Shown here one piece after another: positions 1 through 14,520 of a stretch of 64,000 nucleotides of DNA. How positions within the stretch are numbered: position 1 is the first letter of the stretch; every line of letters starts with the position of its first letter. This DNA is from the human T2T-CHM13v2.0 reference genome, Homo sapiens. The notes under the pieces were generated by a model. That model did not search any database. It was not told the origin of the DNA and was given only the letters and a program-made list of their open reading frames with translations. The DNA lies in NCBI RefSeq assembly GCF_009914755.1, contig NC_060931.1; one strand, written 5' to 3'. A program made the translations under genes and the position numbers.

Positions 1-1650
<1,650 letters not shown>

Positions 1651-1932
1651 GAAGAATGTACCTAGGGAACCATTAGGGGAGGAGGAAGCTTGGCCTAGCT
1701 CTCCTGCATCCTGGCTCTGTGAGTTCCCTGTTCCATCAGCCTATTGCTGGGGTCTGGGGATGGTGATTAAATCACCTACAATCAAAGGCAGATTCAGGCT
1801 AGCATTGGGAAACTGTTTTGGGATGCCTGAAAAAGACCTGACATAAACACACAATAGATACCAGCACTGAGCTCTAACTGGACCGTTGACTCCCTTCCTC
1901 ACACTTTCTCACTTTGTCGCTGTGCTTTCAAG

Positions 1933-2275
1933 ATTTAGAAATAAATACTTTTAGATCTATCTTGGCTTAATGAAAGGTTTTCTTCACAGTCATATTTTAT
2001 AAAATAAAAAGGACGCTTGATCTCCCTGCCACACACGTTCACTCCACTAATGGATTCTTTTTCTGATACCGTATTATTTGCAAGGCATTAAGTCTCTAGA
2101 GACTTTGCTGACACTCAGAATATATCTATAAGGAGAGTCACAGGGACTACAAAATCTTCAATTTGCATATTTCACTATCTTCATTTGAATTTCCTATTAG
2201 GCTTAATGATGAGGGGAAATCTAGAACAACAAGCTCATCTCTGATGAGGACACAATCAACAGACCTGTAGCCTGC
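1933..2275 (+). pseudogene. Near-complete single-frame cadherin repeat remnant
   Basis: One frame gives LDLPATHVHSTNGFFF*YRII (2028-2078, ~ATDxDSGxNG..YxI) and SSFEFPIRLNDEGKSRTTSSSLMRTQSTDL (2184-2267, ~Y.F.I.A.D.G.P..SS..V.I.V.D). A second frame gives RVTGTTK. Confidence 0.75.
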
Positions 2276-2282
2276 AAAGCAC

Positions 2283-2530
2283 CAGGGCCACCAAGTACAG
2301 TTGTTCAGCTGTGCACTGCACAAAGGTGCTGTTCAAAGGGAGTGCTACTCACATCATAGACATCTTCGCTGCTTTGAAATATGTTTTTCTTTGTTGTCTC
2401 CAAAGGTGGGCAGTCTGTATGTTTATTACAATAATTTTTAAACAGATAGCAATAAGATATCTTGCTTTAACAAAATTACTATATTATGATAGATGAGTGT
2501 AAAGTGTCTTTCTGATGGGGTAGGTTCAGA
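2283..2530. mobile_element. hAT-Tip100 (MER91-like) DNA transposon fragment
   Basis: cagggccaccaagtacagttgttcagctgtgcactgcacaaagg terminus. Confidence 0.5.
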
Positions 2531-2790
2531 TTGTTATTCAACTTACAAATGATTAGCAGCATGGTACATTAACATCATATTATTTTTATTGTGCTTTAGT
2601 TTACTTGTGCTTCCAAACACATAGGAGTTGACTGATAATCATGATTGGTGAGCATATTAAAAAAATGTCCATCCCCTTTGTATTAGAGCACTGCTAAATT
2701 TACTCTCCATCTTACAATTTATGTCACCTGATACTTGTTACTTTACCTAGATGGTATTATTAAGCTTTCAGCTTACATCTATAGTAGTTT

Positions 2791-2862
2791 ACTATACTAT
2801 ACTATACTATACTATACTGTACTGTACTGTACTATACTATACTATACTGTACTATACTATAT
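2791..2862. repeat. (ACTAT/ACTGT)n pentanucleotide microsatellite
   Basis: About 14 tandem units visible. Confidence 0.95.
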
Positions 2863-3337
2863 ATAGTAAGATGAATCATTGAAAAATAATTGATAATTTT
2901 CCATTAATAATCCATTAAGTGTTACAAGGATAATTTTTAGAGATTATATTAGTGATATAGTGTGATATAGTATGATGTTTCAAGGTAACTTTACTCAAAG
3001 GCACCTTTTTCTAATCTGGACAAAGCCATTTTATGAGCTATCAGTGGCTCTTGTAACCACCAAGAGCCTTAAACCAGGCTGTCTTGATGGCATATATGTG
3101 GGGATGTCCTGTTCTTTACCCCCATCCCATCCCCTTCCTTCCAGCTCCGTTAAGGCAGGATTGGGAGCAGGGGTCCAACCTCATGTAGGACCCAAAAGTA
3201 GTCCTATAAAATCTCCAAAAGCGGTCACAAAAGTCTGGGCACGTCGTGTGCTTTTACTATTTTTTAGGGCAACTGTCCACGAGGTTCATTGCATCTGTGC
3301 CTCTGAAAAGAGCAAAAGTCATTGTTTTAGTTTGCAG

Positions 3338-3524
3338 CAGTGGTTCTCAAACTTTATCATGTATTAGAATCATCTGGAGGACTTGTTAATACACAGATCC
3401 TGAACCTGCCCTCAGGATTTCTATTTCAGTAGGCCTGGAGCAGAGCTTAAGAATCTGCATTTCTAATGAGTTGCCTGGGGATGCTGTTGCTGCTGCCCCA
3501 GGGAAGATATCTGGAGAACCACTG
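3338..3524. mobile_element. MER5A (hAT-Charlie)
   Basis: cagtggttctcaaact...gagaaccactg terminal inverted repeats. Confidence 0.9.
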
Positions 3525-3529
3525 CTTTA

Positions 3530-3847
<318 letters not shown>

Positions 3848-3925
3848 GTGTCAGCCATGGCTATGATCAGTGCAGGCCCACATGGGGCAGAACCCTGGGG
3901 ATACACTGGGTTTCTAACCTCTTTA

Positions 3926-3994
3926 CCAGCAGAGGGCAAGTCCACGTTTATTCCAACCTGTGTCAACAGTCTCTTCCAGCACAAGGTGGCAGCA
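3926..3994 (+). promoter_or_regulatory. Two tandem CTCF-like motifs
   Basis: CCAGCAGAGGGCA (3926-3938) and GCACAAGGTGGCAGCA (3979-3994) match the CTCF core; motif evidence only. Confidence 0.45.
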
Positions 3995-4406
3995 CCGGCA
4001 TACAAATCTCTATATAAACAGGGGGCCCGTAAACTTTAAATTCAATCACAAAAGCAAGATGGGAAAGCCACGTGAACTGCATTTATTCTATAAATTGGAT
4101 GGTAATCTAAACCTGACAAATGATCAAAATGTTTCTCTGTTAAGAACACATATCCATGCAAATCAGGTTTCAAGTATGAGTAAAACTAGACTGCATGGCA
4201 GACAGGAAGAGGAGCTGGATGCTGTGCGGCCTCTCTCCTTTAGCCTGGCACCCCAGGTGGGATTTCATACTTCTCTGTCTGGTGATTCAGAAATGTTCTT
4301 CTGTGGAAAGTCCTAGGCTGGATGCAGCAAAATTACCCGACGTGCTTATTAAAAATGCAGATTCCCTCTCTCATAGCCCATTCTGATTAAGTAGGTATAC
4401 GATTAG

Positions 4407-4758
<352 letters not shown>

Positions 4759-4911
4759 TGATTCTGAGGCACAGCCCTGTTGTGGCAACCTGCATCTGTA
4801 TGTTTAATAAACATAACACCAGCGCTTAGCTATGAATATTTGGCTGTCTCTGCCTTTCACATAGTGGTTCTTTCTAGGTTCTGAACTCGCAAAGCAGTTA
4901 AATGCAGAAAG

Positions 4912-5229
4912 AGCTACACTCTCCCATATGGTAGCTGCCGGCCACATGTGGCTACTGGACACTTGAAATATTGCTGTTCTGCACTGAGATGTGCTGTCAG
5001 TGTTAAATAACACCAGATTCCGCAGACTCCATAAGGGAAAAATAATGTAAAATATTTTATTCCTAGCTTTTTATACTAATTACATGTTGAAATGATTTTT
5101 TAAATATATTACGTTAAATAAAAGATATTCTTAAAATTAATTTCACCTGCTTTTCATGTTTTTAATGTGACTACTAAAAATATTAAATTATATATGTGGC
5201 TCACAATATATTTCTATTAGACAGCATTG
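4912..5229. mobile_element. MER3/MER33 (hAT-Charlie)
   Basis: atatggtagc..ccacatgtggcta..tatttctattagacagcattg. Confidence 0.8.
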
Positions 5230-5805
5230 GTTAGAGGATGTAAATAGCTTTGGCAAGAATGGAGGGGAAAGTGGAAATCGGAGAAGCAGAGCCTAACAGG
5301 GCTCAAGGGAAGAATTCTTGACCGCATGGAATTCTAAGCGCATTCCTCCACCCGGGCCTCACATCCTGGCAGCCAGGCCTGGAAGAGAAACGTCCTTGAG
5401 CCTGCAGCCGCTGCAGTGCTTTAATAACAGTTTATCCATGGGAGAGTTCCAACTTGAGCACATGCTGGCTGTGAACACCCACTCTCCAAATAGGTTGAGT
5501 TCTGAGACAGACTGGATGTTAGTCACTTGCCGGCTCTCAGAGGGCATTTCACATAGGAAAAAAACGTGGTTCCTGCAGACGGTTGCTGGTATGTGGAGTC
5601 CCCCCGCCCGCCGCGGGGCTTACTGAACCTGTGCAGTAGGTGAAATCTCTACTTTTACAACAAAGGAAAGCTTGATGGTTCATTGTTAAACAAAACCATA
5701 TTTGTTTGTTTGTTGTTAATTTATACATAAGAATAAGAAAGAGTATGTTAAAGCAGCTTCTCTGCAGTACTAGTACTGTGCTCCAAGAAAGGCAGGTTTA
5801 TACTT

Positions 5806-5990
5806 AGCTGTGGTCCTCAGTGGAGTCCCCAGACCTGCAATATCTGGGAACAGCTAAGAAATTCATATTCTCAGGCTCCAGTGCAGACTTAAGAGATCAG
5901 AAACTCTATCTAGGGGTGGAGTTAGCAATCTGGACTGTGACCAGCCCTCCAGGTGATTGTGAGAATGCATCCTAAGACAGAGAACCACAG
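5806..5990. mobile_element. MER5A
   Basis: gtggtcctcagtggagtccccagacc..gagaaccacag. Confidence 0.75.
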
Positions 5991-6068
5991 AGCCACAGAA
6001 AGAAGAGGCCCTGTGAAGGGAGACCCGAGGGTATGGAGAGTTGTTGGCTCCAGCTTGGGCGCACTCGT

Positions 6069-6240
6069 TCTCTCTTTCTGTTTCTTTCTTCCCTCTTCCC
6101 TTCTGTTGTCTTTTCCCCTTCCGCCTCCTCTTCCTCCCCCTCCTCCTCCTCCTCTTCCTCCTCCTCCTCCCCCTCCTTCTTCTTCTTCTCTCTCTCTCTC
6201 CCTTTCTCCCTCCCTCCCTCCCTCCTCTCTCTCCTGTCTG
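6069..6240. repeat. Polypyrimidine (TCC/TC)n low-complexity tract
   Basis: Directly visible. Confidence 0.95.
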
Positions 6241-6274
6241 CTGTCATTGGGAAGCTGTGTGGTCAGCCAGTCAA

Positions 6275-6490
6275 AAAGCAGATTTCAGAGTCAGGAGTTC
6301 CAGGGTTCACAGTTGAGCTCCATTCCCTACTGGGTGACTGAGGGTAGTTTCTAAACTTCTCTGATCCTGTTCTGCCCTCTGAAGAAGGGGAAAATAATAC
6401 ATCCTGTGTACGATTGTTATTGGGAATCAATGAGCTAGTGTATGGAAGAGGCTGCATGTGGTTCTTGGTACAAAGAAGCAGATTATTATC
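6275..6490 (+). mobile_element. MIR
   Basis: gagtcag..ggttc..gtgactgagggtagtttctaaacttctctgatcctgtt..core. Confidence 0.75.
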
Positions 6491-6499
6491 AGTTACATG

Positions 6500-8170
6500 T
6501 AGGTGAGGCATCCAAAATGCTAGGAGAAAAAACCTGAGCCTTTACACGGTATCGCTGTGTCCATTGTTACCTTATCAACTCCCATAGCATGCTCACTTTT
6601 TTTCATAGAAATTGTCTATTTTCCATGATTATTCAGTGAATCCACAACAATCTCATTCTTGGTTAGGGACTCATTAAAGTGTTATCAGTCTTATGGAATT
6701 ATTTAAAACCTGTGAACTCCCCCAAATAATGCTTGAGGGTTCCAACCTTCCCTGCCCCCTCACAATACAGCTTCAGAAGCTGATTTGATCAAGTGAAACC
6801 ACTGTGCCTCCTACTTCATTTTCCCGGGTTTGCTGCTTTTCTAAGTATGTCTCACAAAATGTATGCTGCTCTTTTTTTCTTTTAGTCTTCATATTGTATA
6901 TTAGATCCCTAGACTTCTTTGTTCTACACATCTGCTGCTCTGTATTCTGACCTACATCTGCATACTGCTTTAATAGAATGGATGTTTGCAGACGTGACTG
7001 TGATATTGGAATATGGAAGGATCCATCCAGGGTCAGGAAGCAGCAGGCTGGCTTCATTCTCAGTGTTTGTTTTCTGGGTCTTTGAAGGAGAGGTGTTGCA
7101 GGGAAAAAGGTCGTGCATCAGGAAGTGTCATTTAAAAAGGACCTGAGTTGGGCTGAGTTATCAGCAAATACACGCCATGGCTGTGCTCCCCACCCCCCAC
7201 CGTACACTAACAGGGCAGCAGCTCTGATTGTCTAACGAGCAGCAGAGCCGCCCAGCAGCAACCACATTAGGAAGGAATCGGAAACCAACGCTCCGCTGGC
7301 TGTCACCCCTTACCCACTTGCTGTCAGGTAGAGTACTTGTTTATTATTAATTATCTATTTTCAGTATCCTGCACCTGGGGGTGAACATCATCGGTGCTAA
7401 GACTTTTTAGCCTATGGGGATCTCTGCTGAGCACTAAAACCACGGGCTTCCCCTTGGGAAGAGGCAGAAAATACACTTCCCAGGTTCTCACTGCCAGCTC
7501 TGACAGGCTGAACTGCAGTTGGAGAAGGAAACTGAGGACTGGGCTCCCTTCCTGTCTCCTAAGCCAGGGCAGAGCTGGGCTTCGGGTGATGGCAGGAGAC
7601 AGAGAAGCAGGTAACTTCCCTGGAGGGAGCTGAGCAGGGCAAGTCCCCTCTTCCAGGGACATTCCAGGCATGACAGAGGTGCACAGGCACAGAAGCCCTG
7701 CTGCTTCGGCAAGCTAGGCTGCTCATAGCTGTGTCTACCCCTTCCCGGGACGTGGACTGTGGGGAGTGTCTATTCAGGACCATCTAGAAGAGTTCAGAGC
7801 CTTTCAAACTTCTTTTCAACATGCGTTCCTGACTGAGGACACAGCTCAAAGCTGCCTCTCAGGCTTAGAAACACTTCTTAATTTTCACTGTCGAGGGCTA
7901 GCTTTGAGTCAGATCCTTTCACCTCATCAAAAAGGGTGTCAGCACACAAGCGCTCCGAAATTACTCGCTTGGCTTTCTGCTCAGGGTGACTGTGGTAAAG
8001 AAGTTACAGCCCACAGGCAAACCCCAGTAATTGGCCTTGGCCTGGAGCCACACCTTGGAAGCCATCTCCCAGCGGGAGTGAAAGGACTGTGGGGACAGGG
8101 CATCAATGTCTGCCCAAGGCAAAATAGGGCGAACAGTAGCCTGCCTGTGGCACCCTCCCCACCTCTCTTC
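6500..8170 (+). pseudogene. Cadherin repeat remnants (~4-5 repeats)
   Basis: FSESTTISFLVRD; EGSN; EVSFKKD..VGLSYQQIHAMAVLPTPHRTLT; LFSLWGSLLST..PLGRGRKYTSQVLTASSD; EDWAPF; LRVMAGDREAGN (7583-7615); VSIQDHLEEFRAFQTSFQHAFLTEDTA (ORF 7766). Confidence 0.8.
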
Positions 8171-8264
8171 TAGAGCAGTAACCTTTCATTTTCTCAGCCT
8201 CTGCATGGGAAGTCTCATTTAGGCTCCTTAGTTCACCCACACCTTGCTAAGACAAACAAAAAAT

Positions 8265-8500
8265 GATAACCATTACAATATATGGAGTCCTTACTACGTG
8301 AGCAGCACTGTATAAGGTGTTTTCCATGTATCATCGTGATCTTCACAACAGCTGCTCAAGGAACGCATCATAATGGCCCCTTTGGAGGGAACTACAGGGA
8401 CCCAGGGAGGCTAAGCTACCCTTTAAGGTAAAACTGGCCAGGCCAGGATTTGAACCCAAGCCAGCCTGACTCAACAGCAAGTGCGGTTTCCCCAACACTA
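8265..8500 (-). mobile_element. MIR
   Basis: gagtccttactacgtg..ccaggatttgaacccaag. Confidence 0.75.
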
Positions 8501-8859
8501 TACCATCTACCATTCCCAGACTTCTCAGGCTTAGGCTATGTCTGGTTTCTACGACATCATAAAATAAACATTATTAATTCATGAAGAAGCAAAGGATGTG
8601 AGCCATGGGAGTCATTGGGTAGATGAATATTGAATGACTGAATGGACCGGAGCTTCTGTCAGTTCCCTCTCATCCAAAGACTCAGCACCTCCAAGGCTCA
8701 GACTCCCAGGGCACTGCTACCTCAGAGATCTCTCCAGGCTCTGCTCACAGGCACTCACCCACTGCCTGACCTTGCAGGCTCCTGGAATTAAGCCATGAGT
8801 GGTTTCCTGTCTCTTGACAACATCTACCCAGAACTCAGACTTTGGTTTTCCTTTGTCCC

Positions 8860-9620
8860 TAGACCACAGCCTGAGGCAGCCAAACCCATTTCCTTGGGGA
8901 TCCAGCGCAAACCAGAGAGTGTGGACAGGCCGATGGAAGAATGTTGGACCAGCTTTAAGAATGGGCTGTTCTAAGTCATGAATATTGTAGGAAGCAGCTC
9001 TAAGGACCACAGGGCTGGAGGGTGCACAGGAAGGGGCCAGTGCATACAGGTGAATGTTGGTTTTATTTTCAAATTTGTGCATCAAGGCTCTATCTACTTT
9101 TTTCCCTCTGAAATTAGGAAAATGGAAATAAGACACCCCTAGGAGTGCCACCATAGCATGGCCTAGCATTTTTTCAAATGATCTTTAGATTCAAGGATGA
9201 TTCGGAGGAAATGGAGATGCTGATTATTTTGTTAAACAAATGCTGCCTGTTTAGAAACCACACACAGACAGCTCATGAAGTGGGAGAATGACTAATTGCT
9301 ATGGCTAAAATCAACTCCCTTCAGTACTGGACTCACAGGGATCTTTCTCACAAGGCCCAATTATGCAAATTGCTGAGGCAGTCTTTTTTTTTTTTTTCCC
9401 CCCCCCTCTCCTCATGGCAGGAAAAAAGAAGCTGTTTCTCTTCCTTAAAACTGTTTTATCTGGCCTGAGTAAGGCACAGAGGCAACTTTCCCCTGGGGTG
9501 TGCCTGTGCTTGTGACTGTGGGCAGCAGACAGACCAAGCTGTTTCTCCTCTGCCTGTCTACACCTGTTCTCCACTTGCTCACACCCTGCTCTCTCCTCCT
9601 CTAGCAGTGGCTGCTGCTTC
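8860..9620 (+). pseudogene. Cadherin repeat remnants
   Basis: GIQRKPESVDR; *DTPRSATIAWPSIFSNDL*IQG (EDTP..IA..S..D.DLG); GGNGDADYF; PFSTGLTGIFLTRP-NYA. Confidence 0.6.
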
Positions 9621-9649
9621 CCAGTCTCCACGGCTGCCCCTTCCCAGCA

Positions 9650-10643
9650 TCTTCACACTGAAGGGCCAGTGTGCAGTCCTCCACCCCCTTCTTTCTCTTC
9701 CTCCCTTGGTGACTTCATTCAGTCTCTTGGCTTTCAATAGCGCCTGCCTCTGAGGAACCCTGCCCAGACCTCTCTTCTGCACCCCTACCCACATTTCCAA
9801 GTCCCGATGCATCCTCTCCATCTTCCTGTCCAACAGCCTCCCCTAACTTCCTAGGTCTAATGTGAAGGGCTGGGTCTTCCCCCAAACGTTTCCACAGGAA
9901 CCTTTCTGTCTCAGTATTCTGTCTCAGATGCAGGGAACAGCATCCCCATCCTCCCAGGTGCTCCAGCCAAACACCATGGAGTAGTCTTTGACCTTGGTAC
10001 CCCTCCTCTAATACCCAGGCTATCATCTATTGGGACATCTGCTGGCTTCAAAATATATCCAGAACCAGACTCTTTCTCAATCCCTCCATTACTATTGCTC
10101 TCCTCATTTCACTCAAAGTAAAAGCCAAAGTCTCCACAATGGTCTAGAAGGCACTACCAGGCACTTTCCCTCTGACCTCACCTCCTACTTCTCTCCTCCT
10201 TCTAACTGCTCCAGCCACGCTGGCCACCTGGCTGTTCCCCAGACACACCAGGCACCTCCCCCGACCTTAGGACCTTGGCGCTGGCTATTGCCACCTCCTC
10301 AGGACTTTGGTCAAATATCACCTGCCCGCTGAGCCCTGCCTAGTCACCTCCAGGAATCAGACCCCAGAATGAGGAAGCCCTAGATCCCCAAGCTAGTACT
10401 CTCAATTCCTTGCCTTCTATATGAACTCATAACTCTATATAGAAGGTTATCACCTTCTAACATACTTGGTAATTTACTTATTTATAATGATTACTATTTA
10501 TTGCCTGTCTCACTCACAAGAATGTAAACTCCATGAGAGAAAGGTGTTTTGTTTTTCCATTTTGTTCACTATGTATCCCAAAGGACTAGAACAGTTTCTA
10601 GGCACACGGTAGGCAGTTGATAAATATTTACTGAATGAATGAA
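9650..10643 (+). mobile_element. L2 (L2a-like) 3' portion
   Basis: Ends tgtaaactccatgag..ggcacacggtagg..taaatatttactgaatgaatgaa. Confidence 0.85.
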
Positions 10644-10649
10644 CACTAC

Positions 10650-12618
10650 ACAAACACCTTGCTGTTTCGTCTGACTGACACCTGGACCCTGAGTAAGGCT
10701 TAGATGTGGCTTTCACTCGGGGTGTGCCTGTCCCTGTGGAATCTTAATAAGGGAAAACACCATCCCAGGATTCCCCCTGGGGGAGGCCACTAGCATCCTG
10801 CCGACCTTTTTTTTTTTTGAAGTAACTTAATTTTTATTTTCATGAATACAAAATAGTTGTACAGATTTCTGAGGTACATGGGATAATTTGATACAACCAT
10901 ACAGTGTATGGCTGAGGTATCCAGCACCTCAAGCATTTATCATTTGCTTGTCTTAAGAGCATTCCAATGCCACTCTTCTCGTTATTTTGAAATATACAAT
11001 AAATTATTGTTAACTATAGTCATCATATTGTGACACCAAACACCAGGTCTTACTCCTTCCATCTAACTATATTTTTGTACCCACTAACTAATCTCTCCTT
11101 ATCTCCCCTCCCCACTACCATTCCCAGCCCCTGATAACCATCATTCTACTCTCTACCTCCATAAGATCAAGGGTTTTGCTCCCACAATATAAGCGATAAT
11201 GTGATATTTGTCTCACTGCACCTGGCTTATTTCACTTAACAGTGTCCTCCAATTCCATTGACATTGCTGCAAATGACAGGATTTCATTTTTTATGGCTGA
11301 ATAATATTCCATTATATATATCTGCCACATTTTCTTTGCCTATTCATTCATTGATGAACTTGTAGGTTGATTCCATATCTTGGCTATTGTGAACAGTGCT
11401 GCAATAAACATGGGAATGCAAATATCTCTTTGATATACTGACTTCCCTTCTTTTGGATATATACCCAGCAGTGGGATTCCTGGATCATATAGTAACTCTG
11501 TTTTTAGTTTTTTGAGAAACCTCCATACTGTTCTCCATAGTGGTTGTACTAATTTCCATTCCCACCAACAGTATACAAGGGCTCCGTTTCTCTTCATCCT
11601 CATCAGCATCTGTTACTTTCTGTCTTTTTGATAACAGCCATTTTAATTGGTGTAAGATGATATCTCATTGTGGTTTTGATTTGTATTTCCCTGATGATTA
11701 GTGATGTTAAGGATTTTTCCACATACTTCTTGGCCATTTGCATGTCTTCTTTTGAGATATGTCTATTCAGATCTTTTGCCTATTCGTAAATTGGATTTTT
11801 TGTTGTTATTGAGTTGTTTGAGTTCCTTAGATATTCTAGTTATTAATCCCTTGCCAATTGGATAGTTTGCAAATATTTTCTTATGTTCTGTAGGTTATAT
11901 CTTGACTCCATTGATTGTTTCCTTTGCTTTGCAGAAGGTTTTTAGCTTGCTGTAATCCATTTGTCCATTTCTTGCTTTAGTTGCCTGTGCATTTGAGTCT
12001 TATTCAATAAATCTGTGCCCAGACCAATGTCTTAGAGAGTTTTTCCAATGTTTTCTTCTAGTAGTTTCATAGTTTCAGGTCTTCAATTTAACTCTTTAAT
12101 CCACTTTGATTTGATTTGTGTATATGGTGAGAGACAGGGGTCTAGTTTCATTCTTCTGCATGTGGATATCAGTTTTTCCAGCACCATTTACTTAAGAGAC
12201 TGTCCTTCACCAATATATGTTCTTGGCCCCTTTGCTGCTGACCCTTTTTCAAACACAACAAAAGCCATCTCGTCCATGTGTCCATGAGTTCAATTGTTGT
12301 AGAAACAGCCCCATATATTTGAAATGAAGCTGAAAAAGGGTATAAGAAATTCATTTCTGCCAGCTTGAATATCCAGCTCATCACACTTAGGCAACTCTCC
12401 TAACCTAGCTTGCCAAGAGCCACATGCCCACTTTGAGGACAAGAGACCCTACCAGAACCCTGGAGATAGGCATATTTGGTCGCTGATTCTCCTTGGCCCT
12501 CATGACCATGAACTGACCTCAATTCTCTCCAATTTCACTGCCTTGCAAACATTTTGTTGTTGTTTCATTTACTTCCCACACTGGTGTGCATACAGTATTC
12601 AAACGGATAGTTTGAATC
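10650..12618 (+). pseudogene. Cadherin repeat remnant split by L1 (10806-12228)
   Basis: HLDPE; IRENTIPGFPLGEATS (10747); then AADP..IFEM..KG, HLGNSPNL and HTGVHTVFKRI after the L1. Confidence 0.65.
10806..12228 (-). mobile_element. L1 (L1MA-like) 3' end, ~1.4 kb
   Basis: Poly-T head; minus ORF 11340-11609 is the L1 ORF2 C-terminus ([23 protein letters not shown]); TSD ctgc(c/t)gacc. Confidence 0.95.
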
Positions 12619-12912
12619 TTTTTTTGAGACAGAGTCTCATTCTGTCGCCCATACTGAAGTGCAGTGGTGTGATCACGGCTCACTGCAGGATTGACCTCCC
12701 CCAGCTCAGGTATCCTCCCATCTCACCTCCCCAAGGAGCTGGGACTACAAGTATGCCACCACACCCAGAAAATTGCTTTCGTTTTTGTTTTTGATAGAAG
12801 AGGGGTCTTGCTGTGTTTCCCCAGCTGGTCTTGAGCTCCTGAGCTCAAGCCATCCACCCGCCTTGACCTCCCAAAGTACTAGGATTACAGGCATGAGCCA
12901 CCGCTCCTGGCC
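12619..12912 (-). mobile_element. Alu (AluJ-like)
   Basis: Diverged dimer. Confidence 0.9.
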
Positions 12913-12919
12913 CATCACA

Positions 12920-13245
12920 AATCTCTTACTCTCTCTGTGCCTTAGTTTCTTCATCTGTAAAATCAAGATTGTGATAATAGTACCCAGCTCACAGGCTTGT
13001 GGTGAAGATTGATTGAGTTGATAGTACAAAGTGCTTAAAACAGTGGAGGGCATACAGTAAGTGCTCAGTAAGTGTTAGCTATTATTAGTAGTATTGTTAT
13101 TATCATTACTATTAATGTTAATTAATATTAATGTTAAACACAGTGTCTGACTTGCATTTTTATTCGCAGCACCTAGTACAGTACCTGGGATATAGAAAGT
13201 GCTCAGGAAAAGTCTGCTGGATGGATGAATAAATAAATAAATGAG
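12920..13245 (+). mobile_element. MIR followed by L2 3' end
   Basis: ctctgtgccttagtttcttcatctgtaaaat core; cctagtacagtacctggg..atgaataaat. Confidence 0.75.
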
Positions 13246-14226
13246 GATGAACAATTTCAATGCAGGGGCTGTATATCTTCGTCTCTGTTTAGTACAAACC
13301 TAGTCCCTAATAATTCTTTAAAAATGCATGTTGAATTTTGAATCAATGGCACACAAGAAAGTTTCTGCATTTATCTTGTACAGTACAGAAAGCTTTGGAG
13401 GAACACACACACAAAAAAAATTAGTGATAGCATTGAAGTAGTGGGGGTGGTACCTAAGAAACTCTGGGAGATGGAGAGACCAAGATGTGACTTTGGGAAC
13501 AATTTTTAACTTTTCTGGGTTTCTATGTTCTCCTCTATCAAATGAGGCCGAGTCTCTGGATCCTAAGAGGGCTAAACCAGACAATGCTTGCAAAGTGCAC
13601 AGTTCTAGGCCTGGCACCTGCGAACTGCTCATTCAGTAAGTGTTGGCTTTAAAACCATGTGTCAAGTACAGCTGACACATGTCCCTCTGCCCATCAGGCT
13701 GCAGGGCTTGACCAGAAGGTGAGGGGCCCTGATTTATGGGACAATAGCCAACTACCCAGGAACCCATCTTTCTACCCCATCTTTCTAAATATCTTAACCA
13801 GAGGCTTCTCTTTCTTGTGCCCTCTTACCCATGATCCAGGGACAATCTAAATAAGTTCCTGCTACTATAACCAGAACTTCTCTAATTGTCATGTGCAAGG
13901 TATTTCTCCAAAACCTTTCAAAGAAGTACAGACTAGTCGTACCCCTTCAGCAGACTTTAGAATGAAACTGGGCATTTCCCACTGGTTGCCTTGCCCGCAA
14001 CTTCCTCCCTTGGACCCTCTCCAAGTCTACGCAGCCGACGGTGTCTTAGAAAGGAGACTCAGAGCGTGATGAATCGAGCACTCAGTCACAGATTATATTC
14101 ATCTTCATGCTTGCCCAATATAAACCAAACTTTCGGCTTAGTTGGTTTAAATCCAGAAAATACCCAGCAGTTTATATCTTATCTCTGACCATTCTATGAG
14201 GTCTGTATGATTAATTTTTTTATATC

Positions 14227-14520
14227 TTTTTTTTTTTTAGACAAAATATTACTCTGTCACCCAGACTGGAGTCCAGTGGTGTGATCTCAGCTCACTGCAA
14301 CCTCCGCCCCCTCAAGTCCAAGCCACTCTCATGCCTCAGTCTCCTGAGTAGCTGGGATTACAGGCACCCACCACCACGTCTGGCTAATTTTTGTATTTTT
14401 AGTAGAGACAGGGTTTTGCCATCTTGGCCAGCCTGGTCTCGAACTCCTGGCCTCAAGTGATCTGTCCACCTCAGCCTCCCAAAGTGCTGGGATTACAGAT
14501 GTGAGCCACCACACCTGGCC
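14227..14520 (-). mobile_element. Alu (AluS-like)
   Basis: Full dimer. Confidence 0.95.

Noticed and set aside
5953-6354. Pro/Ser/Glu-rich ORFs
   Set aside because: Translations of a polypyrimidine tract plus MER5/MIR.
8717-9169. 150-aa minus-strand ORF (and the 153-aa ORF at 38108-38569)
   Set aside because: No recognisable domain. The first is antisense to cadherin remnants; the second spans LTR/MER5/Alu.
11340-11609. 89-aa ORF with real protein homology
   Set aside because: L1 ORF2 C-terminal remnant, not a host gene.
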